Part shown: in pieces, positions 12,109-21,114 of the stretch
How positions within the stretch are numbered: position 1 is the stretch's first letter
Layout: each line of letters starts with the position of its first letter
From: Planctomycetota bacterium
GTDB lineage: Bacteria; Planctomycetota; JAJSAM01; JAJVHW01
Assembly: GCA_965248445.1 (NCBI GenBank)
Contig: CBDFJG010000003.1
Coordinates: 1,664,001-1,728,000 of the forward strand
DNA length: 64,000 nucleotides
Direction of reading: 5' to 3'
Program-made: the position numbers and the translations under genes
Notes under the pieces: generated by a model
Database searches by the model: none
Seen by the model: only the letters and a program-made list of their open reading frames with translations
Told to the model about the DNA's origin: nothing

Positions 12109-12299
12109 GCGCACTGTTCATGTCGTTCGCCCCCGCCCGCGCTCGCACGCGCGCACCGGGTTGCGGGCGTTCGGGCGCGCAGCAGTTCCAGGAATCCATA
12201 CGCCCCGCGCCCGCCCGGGCGATCGCTTCCGCGTCCTTCCGTTGATCGTCTACTGTCAAGAGTTGGCGACAGCGGGGAGGCCGAAAGGAAGGCAAGACA

Positions 12300-12959
12300 G
12301 TGGACGCAGCATCAATTCTCGGAGCCCTGTTGGGCAACAAGTCGAAGGCCTCATCCGGTGGCGGCGGCGGCGCGGGCGGACTGCTCGGCAGCGCGCTCGG
12401 CAGCGTGTTGGGCGGCGGTAAGAAGACGCCGGCTCCTCAGCCGAAGGCGCAGCCGACGCAGAGCCGCACTCCCTCGCACCACGCGACCGGTGGCGTCGAC
12501 GATCTCCTGCGCAACGCGTACTCGAAGTACCAGACGCGCAGCGGTCAGTGCAACGACCAGAATCACGCGGCTCCGACTCGTTCGTCGCACCACGAGACCA
12601 GCGAGCTCGACAACGAGCAGGCAGTGACACTGGTCCGCGCGATGGTCAACGCGTCGAAGGCCGACGGACAGCTCGATCAGAACGAGCAGAACCGGATCGT
12701 CGAGCAGCTCGGCAACGTCACGCAGGAGGAAGTCGAGTTCCTCAACACCGAGTTCAAGGCCCCGCTGGACGTCAAGGCGTTCACGTGGTCGGTGCCTCTC
12801 GGACAGGAAGAGAGCGTGTACGCCGTCTCCGTGATGGCGATCAACCTCGACCTGCAGAAGGAAGCGACGTACCTGAAGGACCTCGCGCACGGCTTGCGGC
12901 TCGCGCCCGAGACCTGCAACAACATCCACGACCGCTACAACGCGCCGCGGATCTTCTAG
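12300..12959 (+). CDS. DUF533 / TerB-like family protein
   Basis: Gly-rich N-terminus; LVRAMVNASKADGQLDQNEQNRI; E..YL..LA..L.L C-terminal pattern. Confidence 0.8.
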   Translation: MDAASILGALLGNKSKASSGGGGGAGGLLGSALGSVLGGGKKTPAPQPKAQPTQSRTPSHHATGGVDDLLRNAYSKYQTRSGQCNDQNHAAPTRSSHHETSELDNEQAVTLVRAMVNASKADGQLDQNEQNRIVEQLGNVTQEEVEFLNTEFKAPLDVKAFTWSVPLGQEESVYAVSVMAINLDLQKEATYLKDLAHGLRLAPETCNNIHDRYNAPRIF

Positions 12960-12980
12960 TCAGCTAGCAAGCGACACTCA

Positions 12981-13011
12981 CGCGGGCGGAACTCCGGTTC
13001 CGCCCGCGTTT
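12981..13011 (+). terminator. Intrinsic terminator hairpin between convergent genes
   Basis: 12-bp perfect stem CGCGGGCGGAAC/GTTCCGCCCGCG with TCCG loop, followed by TTT. Confidence 0.7.
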
Positions 13012-13046
13012 CGATTCCGCGCTGCTACCTTTCGATTCCGCGCTGG

Positions 13047-13418
13047 CTAGAGGTGGCCGCGTGGCCAGCCGTAGTAGTTGCGCATGTGCTTCGGAGCGCC
13101 GAACTCGCGCCGGGCGTCGGTGGCACCCGCCTTGCCGCGGCCCTCGGCAGGTTCGTCGCTCACTCCGCCGGCCGCGATGGCCTGCTCCAGTTGCCTGCGG
13201 CGGCTCTCCCGTGCAGCTGCACGGAACGCGCGACGCCGCTTGCGCCCGAGCACCCAGTCGGAGAGCACGGCGATGCCGAGCACGGCCGCGGCGAGGAGCG
13301 GCCCGGCAACCAGGACCGGCACGGCGATCACGGGGGCCACCACGGCGATGAGGAGGATGCGCGGCCAGTTGCGCGCGGTGCGCAGCGGCAATCGACGGCG
13401 GGTGGTCTCGGCGGACAT
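13047..13418 (-). CDS. Hypothetical membrane protein
   Basis: ATG with GAGAG upstream; long hydrophobic stretch followed by a basic segment. Confidence 0.5.
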   Translation of the reverse strand: MSAETTRRRLPLRTARNWPRILLIAVVAPVIAVPVLVAGPLLAAAVLGIAVLSDWVLGRKRRRAFRAAARESRRRQLEQAIAAGGVSDEPAEGRGKAGATDARREFGAPKHMRNYYGWPRGHL

Positions 13419-13514
13419 CTCTCAGCTACTGATCGTAACCGGCTGCTGGGGGCCTCCGTTCCGGCCGCGAGCGATCCATTGACCCAGCGAGCCTGGACGC
13501 CGATGCTCGCCCGC

Positions 13515-14471
13515 ATGAAGACGCTCACACTCCACGACGGCACGAAGATCCCGGCGCTCGGCCTCGGCACCTGGAAGCCCCAGGGCGACGACGTCTACAA
13601 CGCGGTCCGGGCGGCGCTCTCGGCGGGCTACCGGCACATCGACTGCGCCGCGATCTACGGAAACGAAGACGTGATCGGGCGCGCGCTCGCAGACGCCCTC
13701 GCAGCGGGGGACGCGCAACGCGAGGACCTGTGGATCACCTCGAAGCTGTGGAACACCGAGCACGCTCCGGACGCGGTTCTTCCCGCGATCGAGAAGACGC
13801 TCTCCCGGCTCCGACTGGAACGCCTCGACCTGTATCTCATGCACTGGCCGGTCGCGCTCCGGCAGGGCGTCGTCTTCCCGCAGAAGACCGACGACTTCAT
13901 CGCGCTGTCCGAACTCCCGCTCGAGGCGACGTGGACGGCCATGGCCGGGTTGCGCGAACGCGGACTGACCCGGCAGATCGGCGTCTCGAACTTCAGCGCC
14001 GCGAAGACGCGGAGACTCGCCGACGCGACCGGCGTGCTCCCCGCCGTCAACCAGGTGGAGATGCACCCGTATCTGGCGCAGAACGAGTTGCTCGCCACGT
14101 CGCGCGAGATGGGAGTCGTGCTGACCGCGTACTCGCCGCTCGGCACGCCGGACAGCAACGAGATGTTCAAGCGCGGGGATCCGTTCAAGCTCCTCGACGA
14201 CACGGTGATTGCGGGTCTCGCGGCGGCGCACGGCGCCTCGCCTGCGCAGGTGATGCTCGCCTGGGCAGTGCAGCGAGGCACGTCCGTGATCCCGAAGTCG
14301 AGCAACCCTGGGCGCATCGCCGAGAACCTCGCGGCGGCGGACCTGACTCTCACGGACAGCGACATGGCTGCCATCGGCGCACTCGACAAGCACCACCGCT
14401 TCGTCAGCGGTTCGTTCTGGTGCCCCGAGGGCTCGCCGTACACGCTCGCGAACCTATGGGACGAGGCCTGA
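13515..14471 (+). CDS. Aldo/keto reductase
   Basis: GLGTWK, GYRHIDCAAIYGNE, WITSKLWN, LDLYLMHWP, IGVSNF, NQVEMHPYL, SVIPKS. Confidence 0.95.
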   Translation: MKTLTLHDGTKIPALGLGTWKPQGDDVYNAVRAALSAGYRHIDCAAIYGNEDVIGRALADALAAGDAQREDLWITSKLWNTEHAPDAVLPAIEKTLSRLRLERLDLYLMHWPVALRQGVVFPQKTDDFIALSELPLEATWTAMAGLRERGLTRQIGVSNFSAAKTRRLADATGVLPAVNQVEMHPYLAQNELLATSREMGVVLTAYSPLGTPDSNEMFKRGDPFKLLDDTVIAGLAAAHGASPAQVMLAWAVQRGTSVIPKSSNPGRIAENLAAADLTLTDSDMAAIGALDKHHRFVSGSFWCPEGSPYTLANLWDEA

Positions 14472-14920
14472 TGGCGGGCACGCTGCACTTCCAGCCCGAG
14501 TGACTCTCTCTCATTCTGATATGCAATTAGGCATGCTTCAGCACGTTTTCTCTCGCAATGATAACCACGAGATTTTCACTATCAGCCTGATAAGGATGCT
14601 CAACTAAAACGATAAACATCAAAGAATGCAATTCATGGGGTTGCCGCATGGACTCCTGCGGGGTGTACTCATGCCGGAGGAACGAAGCCATGCAGCGCAG
14701 CGCACTGAAGTCGATCGGGAAGTCCATTGCAGCGAGTGCCGAAGAGGCAACGCTCGAGGATCTCAAGAGGACCGGGAAGCGGAAGGAGTGGGCGCCACGC
14801 TTTCGCCAGTCTCCCGCCGCCGGTCGCCGAGGCTAACACGGTCCCTGGGCGCGGGGGTGGACCGACCCAGAGCCGCCAGCATGGCCCCCGACATGGCCCC
14901 AAGCTCTCGGTCGTGGCGGC

Positions 14921-15394
14921 ATGACACCGCGCCAACGATTGCCTCGTCCCCCGTGCGCCCGCTGCGGGCAGCCCGCGGGGCAGCGCCACAACAAGCACTG
15001 CTCTCGTGCGTGCGCTCGGGAGGCCGCTGCGCAGGGGCTTCGCAAGTTCGACCTACCCAACGACGAACTCGCCCGGCTCGTGTGGGAATTCACGATGCCG
15101 GAGCTGGGTCGCCGGTTCGGGGTGTCTTCGACGGCGGTCGCGATCCGGTGCAAGAAGCGCGGCATCAAGACCCCTGTCCCGGGGTTCTGGAACGGACGCG
15201 CCTCTGGGCGCTTCGATGCGCGCGGACGGTTCCGTAATCAGATCGTCTGGTGCGGCTGCGGCTGTGGCGAAGTCATGAAGGGGCGTAGCGGCTACCGCCT
15301 GCAGGAGGCGGGGCTGGTCGAACTCACCGTCGCGCCGGGGTTGTCCGACTGGCGGCGGCTGCGGAAGTCCCCCACCCAGAGCAAGGAGACGTGA
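14921..15394 (+). CDS. Phage hypothetical protein (Cys clusters plus HTH-like segment)
   Basis: CARC..HCSRAC, ELGRRFGVSSTAVAIRC, CGCGCG. Confidence 0.5.
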   Translation: MTPRQRLPRPPCARCGQPAGQRHNKHCSRACAREAAAQGLRKFDLPNDELARLVWEFTMPELGRRFGVSSTAVAIRCKKRGIKTPVPGFWNGRASGRFDARGRFRNQIVWCGCGCGEVMKGRSGYRLQEAGLVELTVAPGLSDWRRLRKSPTQSKET

Positions 15395-16041
15395 TGGCGG
15401 AAGTGACGTTCAACGAGACGACGCTCCTCTTCGCAATCTCGCAGGGCTGGAAGCTGACCGGTGGAAGCGGCTCTGTGTTGTTCCACCGGCCCGACGGGAC
15501 GACGTGCGGGCAGAGCGTCGCAGAGACGGAGATCCCGCAGTGGTACGCAGAGCAGCAGTCCCGCGTCACCGCTGGGGACGCGCTACGGGAGGCCGTTCAG
15601 TCGCCCACCGTCACTGAGTGGTTGGCGCTTGATGGGCCGTCCTTGGCGGACTCGTTCGCTCCCGCGCACGACGACACGCAAGCCGAGGCTTGGTGGCGGC
15701 GCGCTGCGTGGTCCCTTGCCCAGCAGCTCGCCGACCTGAAGAACGCGGAGAAGGGGGAGCCCGAGGAGGAGACAGTCCAGCGTTGCCGCGCATCCCAGAC
15801 GGGCGTGGACAAGTTCTGCTCGCGGCCACCAGGTCACCTCGGCGACCACATCGCGCGCTTCGGCCACGAGGAAGCCGGTGCGCTCATGGAGTGCTGGCCG
15901 CAAGACGCCTGGATCGAGGAGGCGGCTGCGCGGGCATGGGATGAGCACAAGCGCCAGTTCCCTCGCTTCAGCGAGTGGATCGGCACCGAGCCGCTCGCCA
16001 GCATCATCCGCGACTGCTACCGGAACCGAGGCGCGAAGTGA
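15391..16041 (+). CDS. Phage hypothetical protein
   Basis: AAGGAG RBS, GTGA overlap, CSRPPGHLGDH zinc-finger-like motif. Confidence 0.6.
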   Translation: MMAEVTFNETTLLFAISQGWKLTGGSGSVLFHRPDGTTCGQSVAETEIPQWYAEQQSRVTAGDALREAVQSPTVTEWLALDGPSLADSFAPAHDDTQAEAWWRRAAWSLAQQLADLKNAEKGEPEEETVQRCRASQTGVDKFCSRPPGHLGDHIARFGHEEAGALMECWPQDAWIEEAAARAWDEHKRQFPRFSEWIGTEPLASIIRDCYRNRGAK

Positions 16042-16307
16042 GCCACTGCCAAGGGTGCGCCACGCTGGAGGCTGAGGCTCTAAGCCTTGCTCGCGACCAT
16101 CAGTTCCAGATGGAGAAGCGCGTAGCGGCTGAGGCCGAGGTCAAGCGACTGACTGCGGAGCGGGACGACCACTCTCTCCGCGCCATCGGCCGACGCATCG
16201 TCGCCGAGGCGCAGGCCGACACGACACCCGGATCCCCGTTCGCCGCCCGCATTGAGGAGGCAGCCGTGCGCGTCTTGCGCGAGCAGCTCGAAGGGAGCGC
16301 CACATGA
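16038..16307 (+). CDS. Phage hypothetical coiled-coil protein
   Basis: GTGA overlap with previous gene; MSHCQGC...AEAEVKRLTAERD. Confidence 0.55.
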   Translation: MSHCQGCATLEAEALSLARDHQFQMEKRVAAEAEVKRLTAERDDHSLRAIGRRIVAEAQADTTPGSPFAARIEEAAVRVLREQLEGSAT

Positions 16308-16723
16308 GCGCTCGCTGTCCCCACTGCCAAGAGAGCAAGCGACTCACCGAACTCGAGGAACGCGTCGCAACGCTCGAAGGGCTGATCAAGGGCACCGGCA
16401 CCAGCGATCGCTTCGACGGCTCGCTCAGCACGATCGTCGAGACCGTCGGACGCCTCTGGCTCCTGAAGCCGGCCGTCATCATCGGCCCGCAGCGCACGAA
16501 ACGCATCTCCGAAGCGCGCCAGGTCGTGTTCTACATCGCGTGCCTCTCTCTGGATGAGTCGCTCGTGGAGATCGGCCGGTGGCTTGGCGGGCGCGATCAC
16601 AGCACCGTCATCTACGGCCGTGACCGAGCGACCGCGCGACTGGCGACGGACAGTGCGTTCGCTGATCGCGTGACGGGTGCGCTCGCTGCGCTCGGACTCC
16701 TGGAGACGGAGCAGGCGGCGTGA
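16304..16723 (+). CDS. Phage protein with DnaA domain IV-like (Bac_DnaA_C) HTH
   Basis: ISEARQVVFYIA...SLVEIGRWLGGRDHSTVIYG matches the DnaA C-terminal signature; no AAA+ domain. Confidence 0.8.
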   Translation: MSARCPHCQESKRLTELEERVATLEGLIKGTGTSDRFDGSLSTIVETVGRLWLLKPAVIIGPQRTKRISEARQVVFYIACLSLDESLVEIGRWLGGRDHSTVIYGRDRATARLATDSAFADRVTGALAALGLLETEQAA

Positions 16724-17778
16724 GCACCACGAAGATCGAGTGGACACGCGGCGACGACGGAACGCCGGGTAAGACGTGGAACCCGTTGCGCGGCTGCAGC
16801 AAGGTCAGCGCCGGCTGCAAACACTGCTACGCCGAGACGATGGCGATGCGCTTCTCCAAGCCGGGACTCTGGGGCCACGGCGTCGCCGATGCGAACGGTT
16901 GGACCGGCAAGGTCGTCCTCGCTCCCGAGAAGACGCTCACGGCGCCGCTGCGGTGGCGGAAGCCGTGTCGCGTGTTCGTCAACTCGACGAGCGACCTGTT
17001 CCACGAGCGGGTCGCGTTCGAGTGGATGGCGCTGATCTTCGCGGTTATGGCGCTCTCGCCACAGCACACGTTCCAGTGTCTGACCAAGCGGCCGGCACGG
17101 ATGCGCCGGTTCGTCGAGATGCTCACCCCACCAGGCGAGTCGCGTCGCCTCATGGCGGACGCACTCGGGCGCTACCCCGTCGATCTCCCGAAGCGGAACG
17201 GCGGGTGGCAGGTCCCGTACGAGTGGCCCCTCCCGAACGTGCACGTCGGCTTCTCAGCATCCAACCAGGAGACGTTCGACGCGCGCGTGGACGACGCCGT
17301 CGCGACGCCGGCTGCGGTCACGTTCGTCTCCCTCGAGCCCATGCTCGGGCCGGTGGATCTCACGGGCTGGTTCCCGGACCGACTCGCGCCCGGCGCGCGC
17401 TGGGCGGACTGCCTCTGCGCGGAGATCGACCCGAGTGACGTGCCCTGCGTCGTGTGCGAGGCGCAGAACGGAATCGACTGGGTCATCTGCGGCGGCGAGA
17501 GCGGCCCCGGCGCGCGGCCGTTCGATCTCAAGTGGGCACGGTCGGTTCGCGATCAGTGCGCCGATGCGGGCATCGCGTTCTTCCTGAAGCAGACCGGCGC
17601 CTGGCCGATGGACACGACGCATAACCTCCTCGACGCCGGGTCGTCGGCGTACGCGAACCGCTGCGCCACGGGTATCCACGACAAGAAGGGTGGGGACCCA
17701 TCGGAATGGCCGGACGACCTGCGCACCTGCCGCGCGTTCCCCGCGTCCCCCCAGCAGCCCGGAGGTGCAGCGCAGTGA
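16720..17778 (+). CDS. Phage Gp37/Gp68 family protein (DUF5131, radical-SAM-like)
   Basis: TKIEWT...TWNPLRGCSKVSAGCKHCYAE, FVNSTSDLFHE, HTFQCLTKRP, SLEPMLG, DWVICGGESGPGARP, FFLKQ. Confidence 0.92.
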   Translation: MSTTKIEWTRGDDGTPGKTWNPLRGCSKVSAGCKHCYAETMAMRFSKPGLWGHGVADANGWTGKVVLAPEKTLTAPLRWRKPCRVFVNSTSDLFHERVAFEWMALIFAVMALSPQHTFQCLTKRPARMRRFVEMLTPPGESRRLMADALGRYPVDLPKRNGGWQVPYEWPLPNVHVGFSASNQETFDARVDDAVATPAAVTFVSLEPMLGPVDLTGWFPDRLAPGARWADCLCAEIDPSDVPCVVCEAQNGIDWVICGGESGPGARPFDLKWARSVRDQCADAGIAFFLKQTGAWPMDTTHNLLDAGSSAYANRCATGIHDKKGGDPSEWPDDLRTCRAFPASPQQPGGAAQ

Positions 17779-17801
17779 AAACCCATAACAGGAGGAACGA
17801 C

Positions 17802-18269
17802 ATGGACATCGAACGACTGAGACGATCCACGCTGCGTGTCGGAGGCGTCTGTAACACGACGACCCGCCGCAAGGTCATCGAGGACGCCATCGCTGCGATC
17901 CAGGAGGACGGCGTCACGGCGCTCGCTCGTGAGTTCATGGGCGTGAAGCGGTACGCGCACTTTGGAGACCAGCGCACGGACTGCGCGTACGGCATGGGGC
18001 CGCGGCACGGGTCCATCGCCTTCAGAGTCGGGCGCGACACGTCGCACCGCAGTCGCGCGCCGCGTCCAGACCTCGGCCCCGACGACGTGTACTTCCTCGA
18101 GTGCGCGCGGGACTTCCCCGGCGTCGAGCGTCCAGACAAGCACATCCGCAACCGCACGGTCCGCGACGGGCTGAGCACGGTGCTTGACGCGCTCGCGCGG
18201 GCCGAGGGCGAGGTGGAGCTGCTCCGCGGTGCGCTCACGACAGACGTTGAGGAACACGCGGTCGCGTGA
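17802..18269 (+). CDS. Phage hypothetical protein
   Basis: GGAGG RBS before ATG (alternative GTG 17775); YGMGPRHGSIAFRVG motif. Confidence 0.6.
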   Translation: MDIERLRRSTLRVGGVCNTTTRRKVIEDAIAAIQEDGVTALAREFMGVKRYAHFGDQRTDCAYGMGPRHGSIAFRVGRDTSHRSRAPRPDLGPDDVYFLECARDFPGVERPDKHIRNRTVRDGLSTVLDALARAEGEVELLRGALTTDVEEHAVA

Positions 18270-18616
18270 GCACACTCCCGCCCTGCCACCGCCCCCGCGA
18301 CTGCCCGCTCTGCGGGAAGGCCGCGATCCGCGCAGGTCGGAACCGTGCCGGCGTGCAGCGGTATCGGCTGAAGTGCGCGTGCGACCGCCCCGCGGAACCA
18401 CCGCTCCCAACCGACTGCCCGCAGTGCGGGGGCAAGCGTTCCATCGTGCGTCACGGCATGCGTCGGGACCGCACCACGCGGTTCCGGTCGAAGTGTGGGC
18501 CGTGTGAGAACGAGGCGAGCCGCTTCAGTAGGGCGGGCCAGTCACTGCCGGAGTCGCAGCTGGACCCGTACCTGCAAGTAGCGATGGCGGTGAGCCCGCT
18601 GTGGAGGACGCCGTGA
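18266..18616 (+). CDS. Phage hypothetical zinc-ribbon protein
   Basis: GTGA overlap; two CPxCG...RY/F.xKC repeats. Confidence 0.55.
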   Translation: MSTLPPCHRPRDCPLCGKAAIRAGRNRAGVQRYRLKCACDRPAEPPLPTDCPQCGGKRSIVRHGMRRDRTTRFRSKCGPCENEASRFSRAGQSLPESQLDPYLQVAMAVSPLWRTP

Positions 18617-18918
18617 CGACCGACCGGGAGATCGACGGGCTGCGCACCAAGCTCCGAGAGGCGAAGCGCGCCCAGGACGACGAATTCGGTCGGCGGCGTC
18701 GCGCCGAGAAGGAACGCGATGAACTCGCCGGACACCTCGGCAACGTCGGCAACGTGCTCATCGAGTTCGGGTTCGACATCGACAAGGAGCGCGCGTGGGC
18801 GTTCATCCGACGGCGGCTCACCGACCACGCCAAGTGCCGAGACCAGGCGCAGGAGGTCTCCAACTTGAAAGCGCGAATCCGTGGTCTGCACGCGGCTGCG
18901 AACCGGAGGACGCCGTGA
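18613..18918 (+). CDS. Phage hypothetical coiled-coil protein
   Basis: GGAGGACGCC-GTG start overlapping previous stop. Confidence 0.55.
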   Translation: MTTDREIDGLRTKLREAKRAQDDEFGRRRRAEKERDELAGHLGNVGNVLIEFGFDIDKERAWAFIRRRLTDHAKCRDQAQEVSNLKARIRGLHAAANRRTP

Positions 18919-19166
18919 GCCGCCCTGCGAAACGCCTCCCCGTCCCCGGGCTCGAGGGCACCTGGTGGCGCTGCCCCGTGCACGGCCTGACCCAGGACAC
19001 CCACATGCTGCGCGGCATCGAGGACGACGAGTTCCACGCCTACTACTACTGCCGCGTCGACACCTGTTCTCGCGAGCTGGAGGACGTCCAGGGCGCCGGC
19101 CGCGACATCCGGAAGATCTCGCACTGGAACAGGCCCCCGAAGACGAAGGGAGCCCTCGCGTCGTGA
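18915..19166 (+). CDS. Phage hypothetical protein
   Basis: GGAGGACGCC-GTG start; WRCPVHG and CRVDTC motifs; strong GC3 bias. Confidence 0.6.
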   Translation: MSRPAKRLPVPGLEGTWWRCPVHGLTQDTHMLRGIEDDEFHAYYYCRVDTCSRELEDVQGAGRDIRKISHWNRPPKTKGALAS

Positions 19167-19585
19167 GCTGGATCCACATGCGGCCAACCGCTTCCTCGGG
19201 TTCTCCACACGCCGACATGCGGAGCCTTGTGGGGGTGTCTGTCGGCGACAATGGAGGGCGTGTTCAGCGCTTCGACCGACGGCGTTCCGTCTCGTCCGTT
19301 CTCCCCTGTGACATCGTGCCCGTTCTGGGTCGCGCTGAACACAGCACGGGGTCGAGAGCGGGCGGGATGGAGAGCCGGGGAATCCGTCGATGAGCGCGAC
19401 GCTTGCGTCTCTTGAGCCCTGCTACGGTGGCCCCGCGCGCGAAGACCTGACGCGCCACACGATCACCGACCTGGGTTTCCACAGCCACCTCGTGTACGTG
19501 ATCTCGGCGCGGTCCCTCTGTGCCAACGTGGCTGAGACACCGACCCCACGGATGATTACTGTGCAGGGCGGTGGAGGAACCAGCG

Positions 19586-20089
19586 ATGACGAACAACCAC
19601 AACACAGCGCCGGGGGAGATCCCGGAGCCGAGGGAGGGCGAGCATAGCGAGCGCGATCGAGGCGGAGGGGGCTCCCCCGGGGCGCGCGGCCCGGGGGACG
19701 TTGGGGTGCGCGACCCCGAGGTCGTGCCGCGCGCCTCGCGGCGGCGCTTTGGCGCCGCGTACAAGCTACGGATCATCGAGGCGGCGGACGCGTGCACGAA
19801 GCCCGGCGAGATCGGCGCTCTCTTGCGCCGTGAGGGGCTGTACTCCTCGCACTTGTTGACGTGGCGGCGCGCGCGGGACCAGGGCCAGCTCGAGGCGCTC
19901 TCGCCCAAGCGGCGTGGTCCCAAGCCCGATCCGGACCGTGCGCTCAAGAAGCGCAACGAGCAGCTCGAGCGCGAAGTCGCCCGTCTCGAGAAGCGGCTCG
20001 AGACGGCCGAGGTGATCATCGACGTGCAGCGAAAAGTCTCACGGCTGCTGGGCATCGAGATGCCCGAGACGAGCGGGAGCGACACGTGA
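19586..20089 (+). CDS. IS3-family transposase OrfA (HTH + leucine zipper)
   Basis: RRRFGAAYKLRII..., GALLRREGLYSSHLLTWR, coiled-coil tail. Confidence 0.88.
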   Translation: MTNNHNTAPGEIPEPREGEHSERDRGGGGSPGARGPGDVGVRDPEVVPRASRRRFGAAYKLRIIEAADACTKPGEIGALLRREGLYSSHLLTWRRARDQGQLEALSPKRRGPKPDPDRALKKRNEQLEREVARLEKRLETAEVIIDVQRKVSRLLGIEMPETSGSDT

Positions 20090-21114
20090 TTGCGGCGGAG
20101 GAGCTGGGGGGACGCGTGGGCGTCGCCCCCGCGTGCCGCGCGCTCGGAGTCACGCGCGCCACGCTCTATCGGCGCCGAACGGCACGCACGTGCCCCCGGC
20201 CCCAGCAGCCGCGCCGGCGCTCGCCGCGCGCCCTCACGATCGACGAGCGTCTTACCGTACTCGCGGTGCTGAGCGAGGAGCGCTTCTGCGATCTGTCACC
20301 GCTTGCGGCGTGGGCGATCCTGCTCGACGAGGGACGCTACCTGTGCTCGGTGCGCACGATGTACCGCATCCTCGGTGCGGCTGGTGCTGTGCGTGAGCGC
20401 CGCAACCAGCTGCGTCATCCCGCGTACAAGAAGCCCGAGCTCCTCGCGACCTCCCCGAACCAGGTCTGGAGCTGGGACATCACCAAGCTCCGCGGCCCGG
20501 TGAAGTGGAGCTACTTCTATCTCTACGTCGTGCTCGACATCTACTCCCGCAACGTCGTGGGCTGGATGCTGGCGGACTGCGAGAGCGGTGCGCTGGCGAC
20601 GGCACTCATCGAGCAGTCCTGCGAGAAGCAGGGGATCGCGGCGGAGCAGCTCACGATCCACTCCGATCGGGGGCCGCCGATGATCAGCAAGCCGGTGGCC
20701 TTTCTGCTCGCCGATCTCGGCGTGACGAAGTCGCACAGCCGGCCGTACACGTCGAATGACAATCCGTTTTCCGAGAGCCAATTCCGCACGCTGAAGTACC
20801 GGCCGGACTTCCCAGCGCGCTTCGGCTGCATCGAGGACGCGCGGGCGCACTGCCGCGCCTTTTTCCACTGGTACAACCGCGAGCATCGTCACTCGAGTCT
20901 CGGGCTGCTGACGCCCGAGACCGTGCACTACGGCCGCGCCGAAGCGGCCGTCGCCGCGCGCTCGGTCGTGCTCGATGCCGCGTACGCGGCGCATCCCGAG
21001 CGCTTCGTGCGCCGTGCGCCGACGCCGCCGGCTCTGCCGACCGAGACGTGGATCAACCCGCCGGCCCGGGAACTCGCGGCGCTGGAGACTGCGACACAGG
21101 AGGCTGCTCACTAA
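20086..21114 (+). CDS. IS3-family transposase OrfB (rve DDE core)
   Basis: PNQVWSWDITKL, IHSDRG, SNDNPFSESQFRTLKY, WYNREHRHSSLG; GTGA coupling to orfA. Confidence 0.92.
   Translation: MIAAEELGGRVGVAPACRALGVTRATLYRRRTARTCPRPQQPRRRSPRALTIDERLTVLAVLSEERFCDLSPLAAWAILLDEGRYLCSVRTMYRILGAAGAVRERRNQLRHPAYKKPELLATSPNQVWSWDITKLRGPVKWSYFYLYVVLDIYSRNVVGWMLADCESGALATALIEQSCEKQGIAAEQLTIHSDRGPPMISKPVAFLLADLGVTKSHSRPYTSNDNPFSESQFRTLKYRPDFPARFGCIEDARAHCRAFFHWYNREHRHSSLGLLTPETVHYGRAEAAVAARSVVLDAAYAAHPERFVRRAPTPPALPTETWINPPARELAALETATQEAAH

Noticed and set aside
16304..16723. Chromosomal dnaA / oriC
   Set aside because: Only domain IV is present, in a phage context, with no dnaN or DnaA-box cluster.
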